Origin: Rotaria socialis
Lineage: Eukaryota
Direction: 5' to 3'
Assembly: GCA_905331295.1 (NCBI GenBank)
Contig: CAJNYD010000449.1
Span: forward strand, 1 to 64,000
Length of the DNA stretch: 64,000 nt
Position 1 is the stretch's first letter, and each line of letters begins with the position of its first letter. The notes under the pieces are model-generated. The model was not told where the DNA came from. It was given only the letters and a program-made list of their open reading frames with translations, and did not search any database. Both the position numbers and the translations under genes were made by a program. Below, piece by piece: positions 51,243 through 64,000 of this stretch.

Positions 51243-54180
51243 TTAACTAACCTCTTTTTTCGTTATTGAATTAATATCAACACTTCGATCAAATCTTTCT
51301 AATGCATCTATCCATGAAGATGAATTCTTTTTCATATCTATATTCAATTCATCCGAAATAACAAGAATACCATTGTCATTGATTATCTTTAAATAAACCA
51401 AAAAATTCATCAATATATTGAGAACTCCAATTCAACTTACTGAAAAATCATCTGTAACGTAACTGAGAATCGTTCCTAATCTTCGATGAAGCATTGTATC
51501 ATCGATCTTGCGTATTTTAGCTAAAGAATAAACAAAATAAAACATGTTAAATATTTTCTATTCAGTAACAAACCAATTTCATGAAGCGGTTGCTCAGATA
51601 ATCGTTTTCTTTTCGGTCGACGACATTGATTTTCAATTTGAGCTAAAATCTAAACGATAATAATATTGAAAAATATACTCCTATCAAGATTAATCGAACG
51701 AATTACTTCTTCATCAACAGTATCAAGTTTTTCATCATTTATTTCTTCTTGTGATGTCGATGATTCAGCTTGAAAACTTGTTTGTAGACATTCATCAATG
51801 CGTGTCAAAGATATTTTATTAACTGTTGGATGTATTGATGGCATTGATTTAGATTTAACAAGAAATAATTCTTGTTTCAGACGTGCATTTTCTTCACGTA
51901 ATTCATCGATTTCATGTCGTAAATGTGGAGTTTTTATTCGAGGTACATTCGTAATGGTTGAAGCAAGACCTGCATAACGTAATGTATTGATTGTTTCATC
52001 TATAACAGTTGACGATGGACTAATTGTTGCTAACATAAATGTTTTTGCATCACCGCCAAGACTATTTTTTAATAAATAAGTTAAACTTGAATCTCGATAA
52101 GGAATATGACTTTGTTGACGAGACAGTGCATCAATTACGTTACGTAGTGTAGATAACGATTGATTAATATGAATGCTTTCCTAAAAACGAAGAAGAATAT
52201 ATTTATCATTCAATTTCTGTGCAATTGTTTTTCAGATTAGAAAACATTTTAAAAAGATTCGTGCCGAAGCGTCTTTCTTTGTGAATTTGTCTAATCCTGA
52301 ACATTGTCGAATGGATCTTTATAGCCGGAAAATTCTCTTTAGCACGAATTCATTGTGTAAAACTTTAGTCTTTTTGTTTCTTATGCGAGAACGCCAGTGA
52401 ATGTGTTGTTCAAATAAGAAACTTTTGCTATTGATCTTGGTCCGAAGCAAGATGATGATACAAAATTATGACACTTATTTTTTTTAAAAAGTTTCATTGA
52501 GAGACTTTGATTTATACCCACACCCTCTAGTTACTGAACTATAGAAGCTTGATTTTATTTTCTATAGTAAATATATCAAATTTTTTACTAGCTCATAACG
52601 TGATCTGTGTACAATCTAGTTATGTCGGTCATTTCAGTTAATAGTGAAGATTCATTAATTAATAGTGAAAAATACATTTTATAATCAATACAAAACGTAT
52701 CTCTACTAATCTATATAAATGACAATATTACTATTACAACTAACACAGCACGCCTATAACTATCGCGAACATTTATATTTTTGAAATTCTTACCGCAAAT
52801 CGATCATTTTTTCCTTGAGACCCATTATATTGTTGTGATTTTTCACTGCCAGCTAAATCAACAAAATTTAATCGCACAGCTTGTGCATCTAGTTCCTCTT
52901 GCGCTTGTTGCTTTGCACTTTTCTTTGATGAACTAGAATTTGTTGTACTTTTACCAATATTTGACACAGAATGTGCTGAATTTAATCCAAATGACAAACG
53001 CGTTGTTGTTGATTGTGGTACATCAATACGACTTATTTTAACAGTAAATATAGCATGTGATCTTGATGATCGTTGATTAGCATTTGTTGATGCAACTGAA
53101 CGTTGTTGATTACCCATATTTAAAACATTTTGAAAATCTTCTTTACTCTTCACTTGAATATACTTTAAATCTGGAACATATGGACCAAGTAATGGATGTT
53201 CACGAATTTCAAGGGTACGTGTCGCATTATTTGATGAATTTGAACTTGGTACAAGTTTATTTAAAATATGTGTACGTGCTTGTTTTGAAAATGACAATGT
53301 AGTTGAAGATTTCGTTGAGGGTTTTTGATTTAATTGTTCATTTGATGTTGTTGGCATTGCAAGTAAATCTGTTACTTTTTCATTATAAATTTCAAGAAAA
53401 CTTAATTCAAATTTTAAATGATTCTTCCCATTCATTGTTATTAAATCATGAATACTTAATGACAAAATGCCTTCTTCACATGATGAACCAAATATAGAAT
53501 GCGATTTGCCTTGATAAAAGAGAAAAAAAATACAACGTAAAAAAGTGAAGTTTTTCTTTTTTGATTATAAACAATTACCAGATGCTGTTTGACCATAGGC
53601 TAATACAGTTGTATTGTATCCTAAATTAACAAACAGAAGAAAATTGTATTGAATTCATATTGATTTTTGAGTACCTTGTAAAGAAGCAAGAACAGCTGAT
53701 CGAATCATTCCATCATAAATAGTTTTCTAAATAGCGAAAAATAATTATTCCTAGAAGAAAATTCTTGTTTGTATTCACATTTTTTGCAGCAGCATCGAAA
53801 CAATGTGTAAATTTAAATATTTGTGGTCGACTATTTTGTGTACAAATAACATTATTTTCAAATATTTGTACGGCTGATGTATCATCAATAGCAGATTCAC
53901 TGTTAGAAATAGAAATAAATACAATTCATACTCAAGAAAAAAGATGTAGAACAAACCGTTCAAGAAATGGGCGTAGACGTATACCAGTAACAATTGGATC
54001 ACCCTTAGTCAGTTTTTTCCCTGGTGTGCGTGGAGATGAAATAAGAGTAGTTGAAGTTGACGAGAACTGATCGTCTATGAATATTTATTGTTAATAATAA
54101 AAAAGTGGAATTTCATTTAAATGAAAATAATTACGCGTCGTCAATGTTGACGTTCGCAGTTGATTTAAACGATGAGCCAT
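51243..54180 (-). CDS. N-terminal kinesin motor protein, kinesin-3/KIF14-like, short tail
   Basis: GIRLRPF, P-loop [98 protein letters not shown], short coiled coil. The 3' end is either KKEVS* (51243) or spliced to 50369-50343. Confidence 0.9.
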
Positions 54181-54486
54181 TAGAATGATAAAGGATTCTA
54201 TTCAAAACGATCTAAAATTTTCAGTTTTTTCGATATCAATAGCTATTTTATTGTTTTTAAGAGAAAATATTTTAGTTTTTCTTCAACGATTCATAGACAA
54301 TATGCTTTGCCGCTCTATGACGATCATGTTAGCGGAACAGTAAGAAAAGAAAGAATGAATATGTAGAGCGTTAACGTCGATGCATTGTAATCAAATCAAA
54401 TTTAGAAATACGAAATAGATGGCGCCTCTGTAAAACTGCTCTTTGTCTATACGAAATCGAATGATTGTTTTTTCTTCAATTCTATA

Positions 54487-54805
54487 CCCTAGTCAAACAT
54501 CTTTTGGGATGCGCATGACATACTTGATGATCTTGAGCAAGAAAGTCATGAGCTATGGACACATCTTGCAATATTTCTTGACATGCGGATAATAAGAGAA
54601 ATTTTTGTAAAAAAAGGCATCCAAATCGAACATTTTTCTTCTATAAATAAGCATTGTTTGAAGAAAAAACGTTATCTATATCAAAACTTTTTATAATTTT
54701 TTTGTGCACATACGCATGATCTTCTTGGGCAAGATGGTCCTGCGCTATGGACACATCTTGAGTTCAAGTCTTGTCAAGCGCTTGAAAAAAAGAGTTCGAC
54801 TAGGG
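54487..54805. mobile_element. Non-autonomous CCC-terminated (CMC/EnSpm-like) element
   Basis: TIRs CCCTAGTCAAAC / GTTCGACTAGGG with TA on both flanks. Internal direct repeats (..GCAAGA..GCTATGGACACATCTTG at ~54535 and ~54728). Confidence 0.8.
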
Positions 54806-57729
54806 TAAGTTATAAAAGATGAAATCTCAATAGTTCTCTCAAAAAATATTGATTTGTTAACAAAAAAAACAAACAAACAAACAAATACACAATTTAAACA
54901 TTTTGAGAAAATATTTAATTTCATTTGCTTAGATATTATGTTGAATATACTACATCTCGTTGAACCGCACTTTGTTCGTTGTTTGCGTTACTTGGTTTTG
55001 TGTAGCGTAGAAAAATCCAAAGGAATCTACTCATACCTACTTGATCAATCGGAAACAAATTTATGAAGGGCACCAGTTAAATGTACAATTTTATTGAGCA
55101 AATTCGTTAACCAAACTTTTGTTTTGTAGCAGTGAGGATGCGAATTTGATGTAGCGAGTGCGTCATTGATATCTTAGCAGCTGACAATAGAACAAATTTT
55201 TCTTTTGAATGCGCAGTACTGATATCCTGTATTACATTTTTTAAAAGTTATGTATTCGAAATATAGTTAGTATTTGAAGATTTTGTCGTCTTTCATTGAT
55301 CTCTAAGTTAAAAATTACTTCTTTCGACCCATGTACACAGCAAAATTTTCAATGTAAAACGTAGTGGAATTGCAAGAGATACGTAGTTTCATTAGTTAGA
55401 ACATCTCTCTATTCAACTAACCCTGAATCTAATCTGTTACTTTCATTCACAGTCTCGGTGGTTCCAATATCGATTCAGGCATGGAATATTGCTTTATAAA
55501 CTAGTTTCACTTGTGATATTCGTTTAGCAAAAGATGGCATACTAAGACTAAAGTTATTATTTGATGATTAATGAACATAATTAATTGTTTACAGAACTTT
55601 TTTTTAAATTCATACTACTATGGTTTATCTTTTTGACATAGTATACATATGAAAAAAGACATGCTTTCGGTTTTAATCGTTGAAAACATTTTCGAAGAAT
55701 TTCTCTTCACACATAAGAAGTCTTGATTTTATGTGACAGATTTTATATCGCTATCAGAGAGTATCAAGCAAATCACATATTCAACAAACACCAACATCGG
55801 ATGTCAAAAGGTTTTCATTGCTTTTCTCATTATTCAATCTGTAAAGAATTATAGAAGCGAGGAATGCGTCCTGACAAAGATTAATTGAAATAGTCAGAAA
55901 ACTGACTAGTATGTAACTTGAAGTTTGGCATAATGCTGACAACTGCTTCTTCGTTCAAATGAAATTCTCAAGTCTTATCAGTTGATTATATTTTGAATTT
56001 GGATATGAAAAAAAACAAGCACTATGAAATCTTAAGAATAGACTTTTAATAGATGATCATAAAAAAATTTAGGCAATTTTAATGATATGTATTGATTAAA
56101 AACATTGATGATACACGTTTATAATTGTGATAAAAAAAATTTCGATTTAATGAACAACAAAAATACTATTGAAATCATCGAAAAAAAATTCCATTTATTG
56201 AATATGAACTGTTTTATTCGTATTTATGTTTATATTCAAACAAATTCTTAATTTTAAGAGAAATATCAGTGCTTTTTTAAATATTTTCTTTTGAAATTCT
56301 GTTGTCGAGCTCTATTCCTTGGAAAACATTCCATATGTGTTCATACTTTGGAAAATATTCACTAAACAAAGATAAAAGTTTCTTAATTAGTTTATATACA
56401 CATGATTGCTTAGAATATCAATCAATTACTTCTGTTCTCTGATTGAGAATTGTCTAAGATTTTATCGATCATTCGCACTTTCTTTCCTTCGTACAATGAT
56501 TTTGTTGACAGTGATTAATTATACATTGACTTTTGCTTGTTGTTTATATAGTAAATGCAATATGACACGAGTGACAAGCAGACACTGGAAAAAATTTGAC
56601 ATTCTTGTTACCAAATCTTCTGGAGCTTTCTAATTTTGATTGAAGAAACTGAATGTTTACACTATGTACATTGAACATTAAGATCAATATAGGTACAGAT
56701 AATTTTAGAATATTCATTAGCTTGGTAGAATTATCGTTCTTTTTTACTACAGAGCATGAAAATAGCATAAATTTAACAAAGATTAGTCACCCGTGAACAA
56801 AATTTCCACAATAGACGATCTATAGGTAATCTAGGGATAGGAATAAGTGTATTTTGTTGAATGAGCATACCAGGTATGTTTTTTTATTTTCTTTTTCAAG
56901 TTTTCTCGTCTAGAAGTACCTCATGTTTTTTCTCTCATTAATGCCTTACTAAGTTTCATATTTCTTCTTTGACATTTCATGTTTAGTTATAGCGATGATC
57001 TCGCCTAAAACAAATATGAATACTTGGGAAGTTCGACTCATGTTTATTTGTGTAAAATCATTGATTATTTTGATAATACATCAGCGTACTCATCGGCTTA
57101 TCCCGTTGATGTTGTCTTCAAAATATTTTATTTGCACACTGACTAGAAGAGTGTAGATAAACAAGTAAAACTGTTTTACAATAGCCAAACAAATATCATT
57201 TCAAAAATTATACAGCTTCAGGCAACTACATCAGGTTACATTTCATGACACGTCTGAATAACATATTTAGCTGTAAACAATTTTCTTTTGGCATTCAAGT
57301 AAATCTTTTCGATATTTAAAGAAAGAGCATTGAATGATTTAATCTCAAAGAATAGAGCTTATTGTTTTGCTATAGCGTTGAAAATTCAAAAAATTGCATA
57401 AAAAACAACATTCTTTGTCTTTGACTATTTATTACTCAAGAACAAACCTGTGACTATAGTTGTGATTTTGTATTCATCATAGCCCAGTTTTTTATTCTCT
57501 ACCTTGAAATAAGTTCAGGTTGTAAATATTTTTAAAAATAACAGCTTCTCTTCAAATATTTTCGAAAAGATCCACTTTTGTTTCTTTTAATTAATTTTCT
57601 CAGTGTTTTTTTCAATACGTTTTAGTTGATTTCATTTTGTATGTTGATAATGAGTTAAAGTACATAATTTTCATCTATTTGCAAAATAATTTGAAACAAG
57701 ACAGACATCAATATATATATATTACCTTA

Positions 57730-58270
57730 CTACTATGAAATAACAGATAAATTTTGCTTTATGATAGTAATCTTTACGTTATGTTCTGTGTCAAAATATT
57801 AGTTTTTCCCAGTGATAGATATTGTTCACAAAATAAAATTCAATTGTACTTTCGCTTTTTATTCCAGTTTTTGAGATATTAAATGCAACACTTCTAATTA
57901 TGTTAACAAAAGTCGAAAATTCGTATCAAAAGATAGACGCTAATTGCGATGGGTACAGCATAAGAAAGAGTAAGAGCTAAATAACCAGGTCTGCTCGGCG
58001 CTATGTATAGAACTAGAATAATAGAGCTACTGGATTTACTCAATATCAGCCAACTATTTTCGACAAGTATCTATCATTATCTAGAGTTTTCAGGTCGAAA
58101 CCCATAAACTTCTTAATGATCATGCAAAAGAAATGTTAATCATCAGAAATACTATCTTTGATAGAGATGCTCGTGAGTAGTCAATTCGAATTTTTGCATG
58201 TGAACTATCAAAGAGACAATCAACTTCATCTTTTCAGTGCACCCAATGGTCTCTGAAATCAGGTAAGAGG
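57730..58270 (-). pseudogene. Possible highly decayed ABCC/MRP-type ABC transporter remnant
   Basis: Collinear degenerate motifs on the minus strand: GFRPEN (cf. WLGFRLE), PGYLALTLSYAVPIAISV (cf. GLALSYAL), and GKTNILTQNIT* followed, after a frame change, by IKQNLSVIS* (cf. GxIxIDGxDI..LRxxLSIIPQ). Many stops and gaps. Confidence 0.3.
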
Positions 58271-59603
58271 AAAGATCCTTACTGAAATGTAATAGAAATT
58301 GAAAAAAAAACTATCCCTATGAAGAGCCGCAAACCCAGAAATTCTAACTTTTCAAATTAAATAATACAACAAATTATTTTTGTGTAGTTTGCTTAATCAA
58401 GCAAAACATAGATGTAAAGATCGTTTTCTTAACTACAGTATACATATTGTTGTATTATCTGATCAAAAGATGTAAAAAAAAACCTATACCAGAATAGATA
58501 GACTACACATGCAGATACAATCGTTTACTTAATCTCATGTGACTTAGATAATATTTAATGAAAAAGTAATTTTCGAACGATTCAATTGAGTAGAAACACA
58601 CGCCAATTGAAAACTTTCCTTTTTAGCTAAAAAGTAAAAAATGACAATTTCTATTTTCATTTCCTATATATCATGTGCATGGGATCATAACAAAAATGTA
58701 ATAATTTAAATAAATCAAAAGAATCTATTCATAAATAACTAGATAAGAAAAGAAGCGAAGAAAAATAACTTCAGCCGAGTTAATAAAATAATAGGTAAAA
58801 GAGATCTCACTGAATGCTTTTTCTTTCATTTATTTTATATTACACAAAATACAAAACTAATTTTCCCCATCACAAAATAAGCTATTCTCTCCATCGTGAA
58901 AGTGCACTGCGTGCATCTTATTTGTGTGAACAACTGATAATGATAAACAACATATCAAATTCGACGTAGAGAGAATGTCCTACATTTTTATCAAAGATGC
59001 TACAGTAAAATTTCAGCCAATCAAATTCATCCTATATTATTTTATCTAGTGGCATCTGTATAACATTTCATATAAATATTTTTTGAAATCTGTCTAAAAT
59101 TCCTTATTTGTATTTAAGAAAAACAAGTTTGATCAAGTTTGTTATAATTCTTCTGTATTTTCTTTGCGATTGTAAACATCATGACTGCAATAAGAACAGA
59201 ACAAACATCTGACCGATGGGAACATATGAAAAAAAAAGAAAAGAATAACATGTGATTTTTAACATTATTAAATAAAAGTTGAGTGTCAGTCAGATGTTCT
59301 TTTTCAAAAGTTAAAAAAATTAACTAAAAGCTTCTATCTATCTTTCAAAACTATCATTGATGTTTTTCTTCTAGATTGAAAAAAACAAACCTAATCAGTT
59401 ACTCACATGTCAAGCAACACGTGAATATACTAAATATCAAAGAAGAAAAGGAAAGCAATGTAATTATAATCTTCAAAAAAAATTTTTTTCAGCGTAACAT
59501 GTATAAGTAAGAGACAAAACGACGAAAAACAAAGCTGACAAAAGCAACACATACTTCATGAGGCGGTGGTATTTACGATTATCAATGTTTTTATATCTTT
59601 ATA

Positions 59604-60532
59604 ATGGCAACACTACACACATTTCTCAAACGAACAGTCGGTCAACGTTTATCAAATATTAATAATTTAGGTGTTACTAGTGGTAATACAGATTCATCAA
59701 GTGACACTTCATTATCAACAACTGAACGTTTGAATGATCAAGCAAACGATGGATATAGTAGTACATCAACATTGGGTGTTCTATCAATTAATGGTGATGA
59801 CTCTCTCCGACGTCCTTTACTGCATGTACATACAAAAATTCGCCAAAAAGAATTTCTATCACGTTTGATTCATAATACAACAGTAATGAACATGGAACAC
59901 GAACAATCGATGAACGATAATATTTGTTTACTAGATAGAAAATTGCCCAAAGAACTAATTCTAAGGTAAAAGTTAAAATTATTTAGATTTTATTTTTACT
60001 TTTGTTTTTGTTTTTCAAATTTTAGAATCTTTTCTTATCTTGATTATAAATCACTTTGTCGGTGTGCACAAGTATCGAAAGTAAAAGATAAATATTTTTA
60101 TTCATATCAATATAGAATTTTTCATATTGTAGTATTGGAATACACTTGCATCGGATGGTTCGAATTGGCAGAGTATTAATTTGAAAAACTTTCAACGTGA
60201 TGTTGATGTATGTTTATCATTGATTTCACACATATAATTTGTTTGTTTTTCTCTTTTTGTTCTTCAAGGGAAATGTTCTTGATCATTTAAGCAAACAATG
60301 TGGATCATTTTTAAAACAGTTATTTATTGAAAATTGTAAATTTATCACCGACAGTAATATGCGGTAAATGTCTTTAGTTGATCATTTTAATAAGTTAGAT
60401 TTTATCTTTTAGAAACCTTGCCAATAATTGTTCAAATTTAGAACGAATCAATATGAAGCATTGTACAAAATTATCTAATACGTAAGTCGAAATTATCTAT
60501 TTTCATTTCTTCTTAAAAATTGATGCCAGCCT

Positions 60533-60568
<36 letters not shown>

Positions 60569-63307
60569 GAGAGGTACGAAATTTTTAGTACATAGATACT
60601 AAAACTTTGATCAAGACGCTATAGTTAAACATATAGCTCTGTAGGATGGATTTTTTCTCGAGAGATATTTTATAAACAAGAATCAAAGCAAGTTCCTTTA
60701 ACAAGCTAAGAATCTCTTTAAGCATTCTTTTTACCAACGTAGTTTTGTTGTTTTTGTTTTTGTTTTTGGAAAACGCAATATCAGAATACAAGATATTACA
60801 CAGATTCTTAATTTCTTATTCTTATATTTTAAACGAAGAAAAGAATAATTAGTTTCTTACCTCGAAAATTCTTAAAAATTTATTATCGAGTTACAGAACT
60901 ACTTTATTTTATAGAATAATAAAAAGCAAAATTGAATTCGGATCTTATGAGAAAGACAATTTATTTTATTATTTTAATTGTATCAAATGTTTTTAGGACA
61001 CTACATCATTTGAGTAAACATTGTTCCTATTTGGTTTACATTAATATGGCATCATGCCATCTTATTGATGATCAAGGCATTAAAATGCTTAGGTAAGAAA
61101 TGAATTTCAATAGAACGGAAAATAAGATCTTTTCTTTTGAATCAGTTCAAATTGTTCGAATTTGGAATGGTGTGATATATCATGGTGTATGAATATAACA
61201 GAGAATGGTATTCAGAGTCTAGCCGAGTCATGTCCCAAATTAACAGTATTCAAAGCTGAAGGATGTACCCATGTAAAAGTTAAAAAAATAATAGGTTAGA
61301 TTTTCTAGAAAAATGATTTATTTAAGATGAATAATAAAGCAGCTAAAGAACTTGCAATAAATTGTCCCAAACTTTTATTTCTTGATATAAACCGTTGTTC
61401 GGTAAGTAGATACAAGAACAAGAAGATTATTGATTACAAAGTAAAAATTCATCATTGTTGTTTTTCTTATTTTAGTCTTTAACTGACGAAGGTCTTTTAA
61501 TTATTGTTGAACATTGTACTTTACTTGATACATTAATCATTGCCAATTGTAGAAACTTAACAGATAATATATTAGTAGCCCTTGGACAACATTGCCATAA
61601 GTTAAAGTAATATCTAAAATACTTTTGAGATGAACGAGAATTCGGTTGTATCGATATTTATGGATTGTTTCAGGAGACTTGATGCAACTTTATGTTCACA
61701 ATTTACGGATGCAGGATTTTCAGCATTGACCCAAGTAAAATTTAGTATTATAGTTGCTAGAAGAAAATTATGATATCTTTTTGTTGTTAGGGTTGTCCAT
61801 CGTTAGAAAGACTTGATCTTGAAGATTGTACAGCTGTAAGCAAAATGTTTTTTATACACTTATGCAATGATTTTATGCACTTCAATTTTTGTTGAATTCT
61901 TCAAGAGAAAAACATGTTTTTTTTGCCCGAGAAACTACTAAGACGAGCTACCAAAAACAATACTTTTGCGTTGTGTAATAATCGAAGACTTTTTTTTATG
62001 GTTCAAACAGTTTCAAAAGTTCATATTATATTGACAGCACTCTGTCACCTTCTAAAGAATCATCGAGAAATGATGTTGTATGTCAATTAAACGCAGCTGC
62101 ACATTCATTAGAGTTAATATCAAGTGAGAGAAAATCGCATGTCTATCTATTGCTCAGCATTTAGAAATACTAAACAACCATTCGTTTCTATCTCCAATTG
62201 ACGAATCTGATCTAAACCTTTTGAATTCGGATTCAATTAAATCGTACTTCGATAATCGTAATGAGATTTTCCTACTCAGCATATCATATTCAATTGGAAG
62301 ATAAGAGAGTTTTTTGGACGCTTTGTTTTAATTCAAAAGCTAGCAAACTTAACATGTTTTTTAGAAGACTAGGTGTCATTAAATCTTCATTCTCAAGATG
62401 TGTATTCGATTTATTTCCGGAATAGTTTGAAGGGCATGAACACGTGGCAGTTCATTACGATTATTTCTTTGTTTCCAAGCATTTTCAATGTAGTTTTCGA
62501 CTAAATTGATCTTGGCTACTATTTAACCAATAGAAAATTGGCGGAACTCTATTATTTATGAGAGTCAAATAGTATGTTTTTTTTGTTATAATGCCGTATA
62601 CGGGTAGTTCCTAAATCCAATACGATATGGATGAAAATAAAACGAATGAGACGCATCTAATAACGTTTGTGTTCCATTTAAATTATATTTACCTTAATAG
62701 ATAATTAGTGTTTACTTATTTTGTGACAATTATGATTTAATATGATGTTAACTAATGTTTAGGTTACAGATGAAACTTTACGACATTTGGCTAATAATTG
62801 CCCTGAGATTAAAATTTTGGTAAAATCAATTTCAAATATTGTTTCCTTTTCTGAAAAAAATAATATTTTATATTTATTCTCATTGAAGACTCTTTCACGA
62901 TGTGAACAAATCACGGATGAAGGCGTTCGTTATATTGGTTCAAGCACTTCTGCTCAAGAAAAACTTCTTATTCTTGAACTAGATAATTGTCCAACTATAA
63001 CCGACACATCTATTGATCATCTACTTGCTTGTCAAAATCTTAAACGTTTAGATATCTTTGATTGTCAACAAGTAACAAAAAATGGTATTAAAAAAATACA
63101 AGTAAATATATGAATTATTTCGATTTTACTTTAATCATTTATAATATCATCTAATTTACTTGCTAGACATATTTTCCTGATTTAAAAGTTCATGCGTATT
63201 TTGCTCCACGCACTCCAACACAGAATAATCAACATACAACATCATGCCCATTTTGTTGCTGTACATCATGTTCAGCATGTACATCCTCATGTTGCACAGT
63301 TTCTTGA
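59604..63307 (+). CDS. F-box/LRR protein FBXL2/FBXL20-like
   Basis: F-box LDRKLPKELILRIFSYLDYKSLCRCAQVSKYWNTLASDGSNWQSINLKNFQRDV, multiple LRRs, LELDNCPTITD, LKVHAYFAP, and a Cys-rich C-terminus ending CCTVS-TGA. Confidence 0.93.
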
Positions 63308-64000
63308 ATTTCTATCTATTTGAATATGTACATAAACCTTTTTTTCTCTTTATCTATTGTATATCTATAAGCATTTTGTTTGGTTTTTTCTCATTGTAAC
63401 AAAGTTTTTGGCGGATTTATTTGGCAATCGTATCCTGTGTATATATCTATTAGCATGAACACTTACGAATTCATTCGTTTAACAATCAGTATATTCTTTT
63501 GTTTATATTATATTATTATTTTAAATAGCATTTTTTTCGCACAGTTTATGTGGTGGTTTTGCAAAGAACAATTTTCTCTTTCATTTTCTTTGTCTCCCAT
63601 TTTTTGCTTATTCTTTAAAAGAAGCCAAAAATAAACTTGTTTTTGGTGACATTCAATGGCGTGCAAATTTACGAATATTATTTTTCTTAGGGTCTCAAAA
63701 ATATGGAATAGTGGAAGTTGCGTATCGGGAAGGATGATCACGGAAAGTTAACCAATGGAATAATGACGACAGATAAAATAATAAGCACAGGAAAGTTAAG
63801 CATGAGAGAAACGAAACTTAAAGATACAGTAGTATATTGACTGACTAATACATTTCTTTACGTTCTATGACAAAAATAAATAAATCAGCAATTATAATGT
63901 AATATTATTAGCGATTTAGTACGGCTGAGTTTCAATGTCTTCGTGACAATTTGAAATTAGATGTAATAGCCGTTTTTCAAAACGTTCATTCTTTTTCGTG

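Noticed and set aside
52256..52351. Short imperfect inverted repeat in a kinesin intron
   Set aside because: Arms of only ~14 bp with mismatches and no clear TSD.
1..64000. CRISPR arrays, rRNA/tRNA genes, prokaryotic operons or defence systems
   Set aside because: No repeat-spacer arrays, tRNA cloverleafs or rRNA signatures seen by eye; all genes found are intron-containing eukaryotic genes.

Overview
AT-rich eukaryotic (metazoan) genomic DNA with compact genes split by many short (mostly ~45-70 nt) GT-AG introns. The gene style and repeat families suggest a bdelloid rotifer, but that is an inference. Hand-spliced genes, in order: a 5'-disrupted RBM47/A1CF-like RRM gene, HAUS6-like, a Mn-CDF/MTP-type cation exporter, PSMA7, two tandem ZAP/PARP12-like CCCH zinc-finger genes, endosulfine (ENSA/ARPP19), vestigial-like, a Shaker-like channel with a non-canonical filter (TVGDA), a WD40 protein, SUV3 helicase, PA2G4/EBP1, a PWWP protein with a CENP-B-like HTH, a kinesin-3-like motor, and FBXL2/20. 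Mobile DNA includes the end of a BEN-domain-carrying CCC-terminated DNA element, two Helitron-like elements, a solo LTR and several MITEs, most with visible TSDs. Best candidates for new biology: the ZAP-like tandem pair (one with a possible degenerate ART-like tail), the filter-mutated Kv subunit, and the PWWP-HTH gene whose first coding exon may double as the kinesin's last exon. All family calls come from manual motif recognition, not database searches. CDS coordinates are whole-gene spans including introns.
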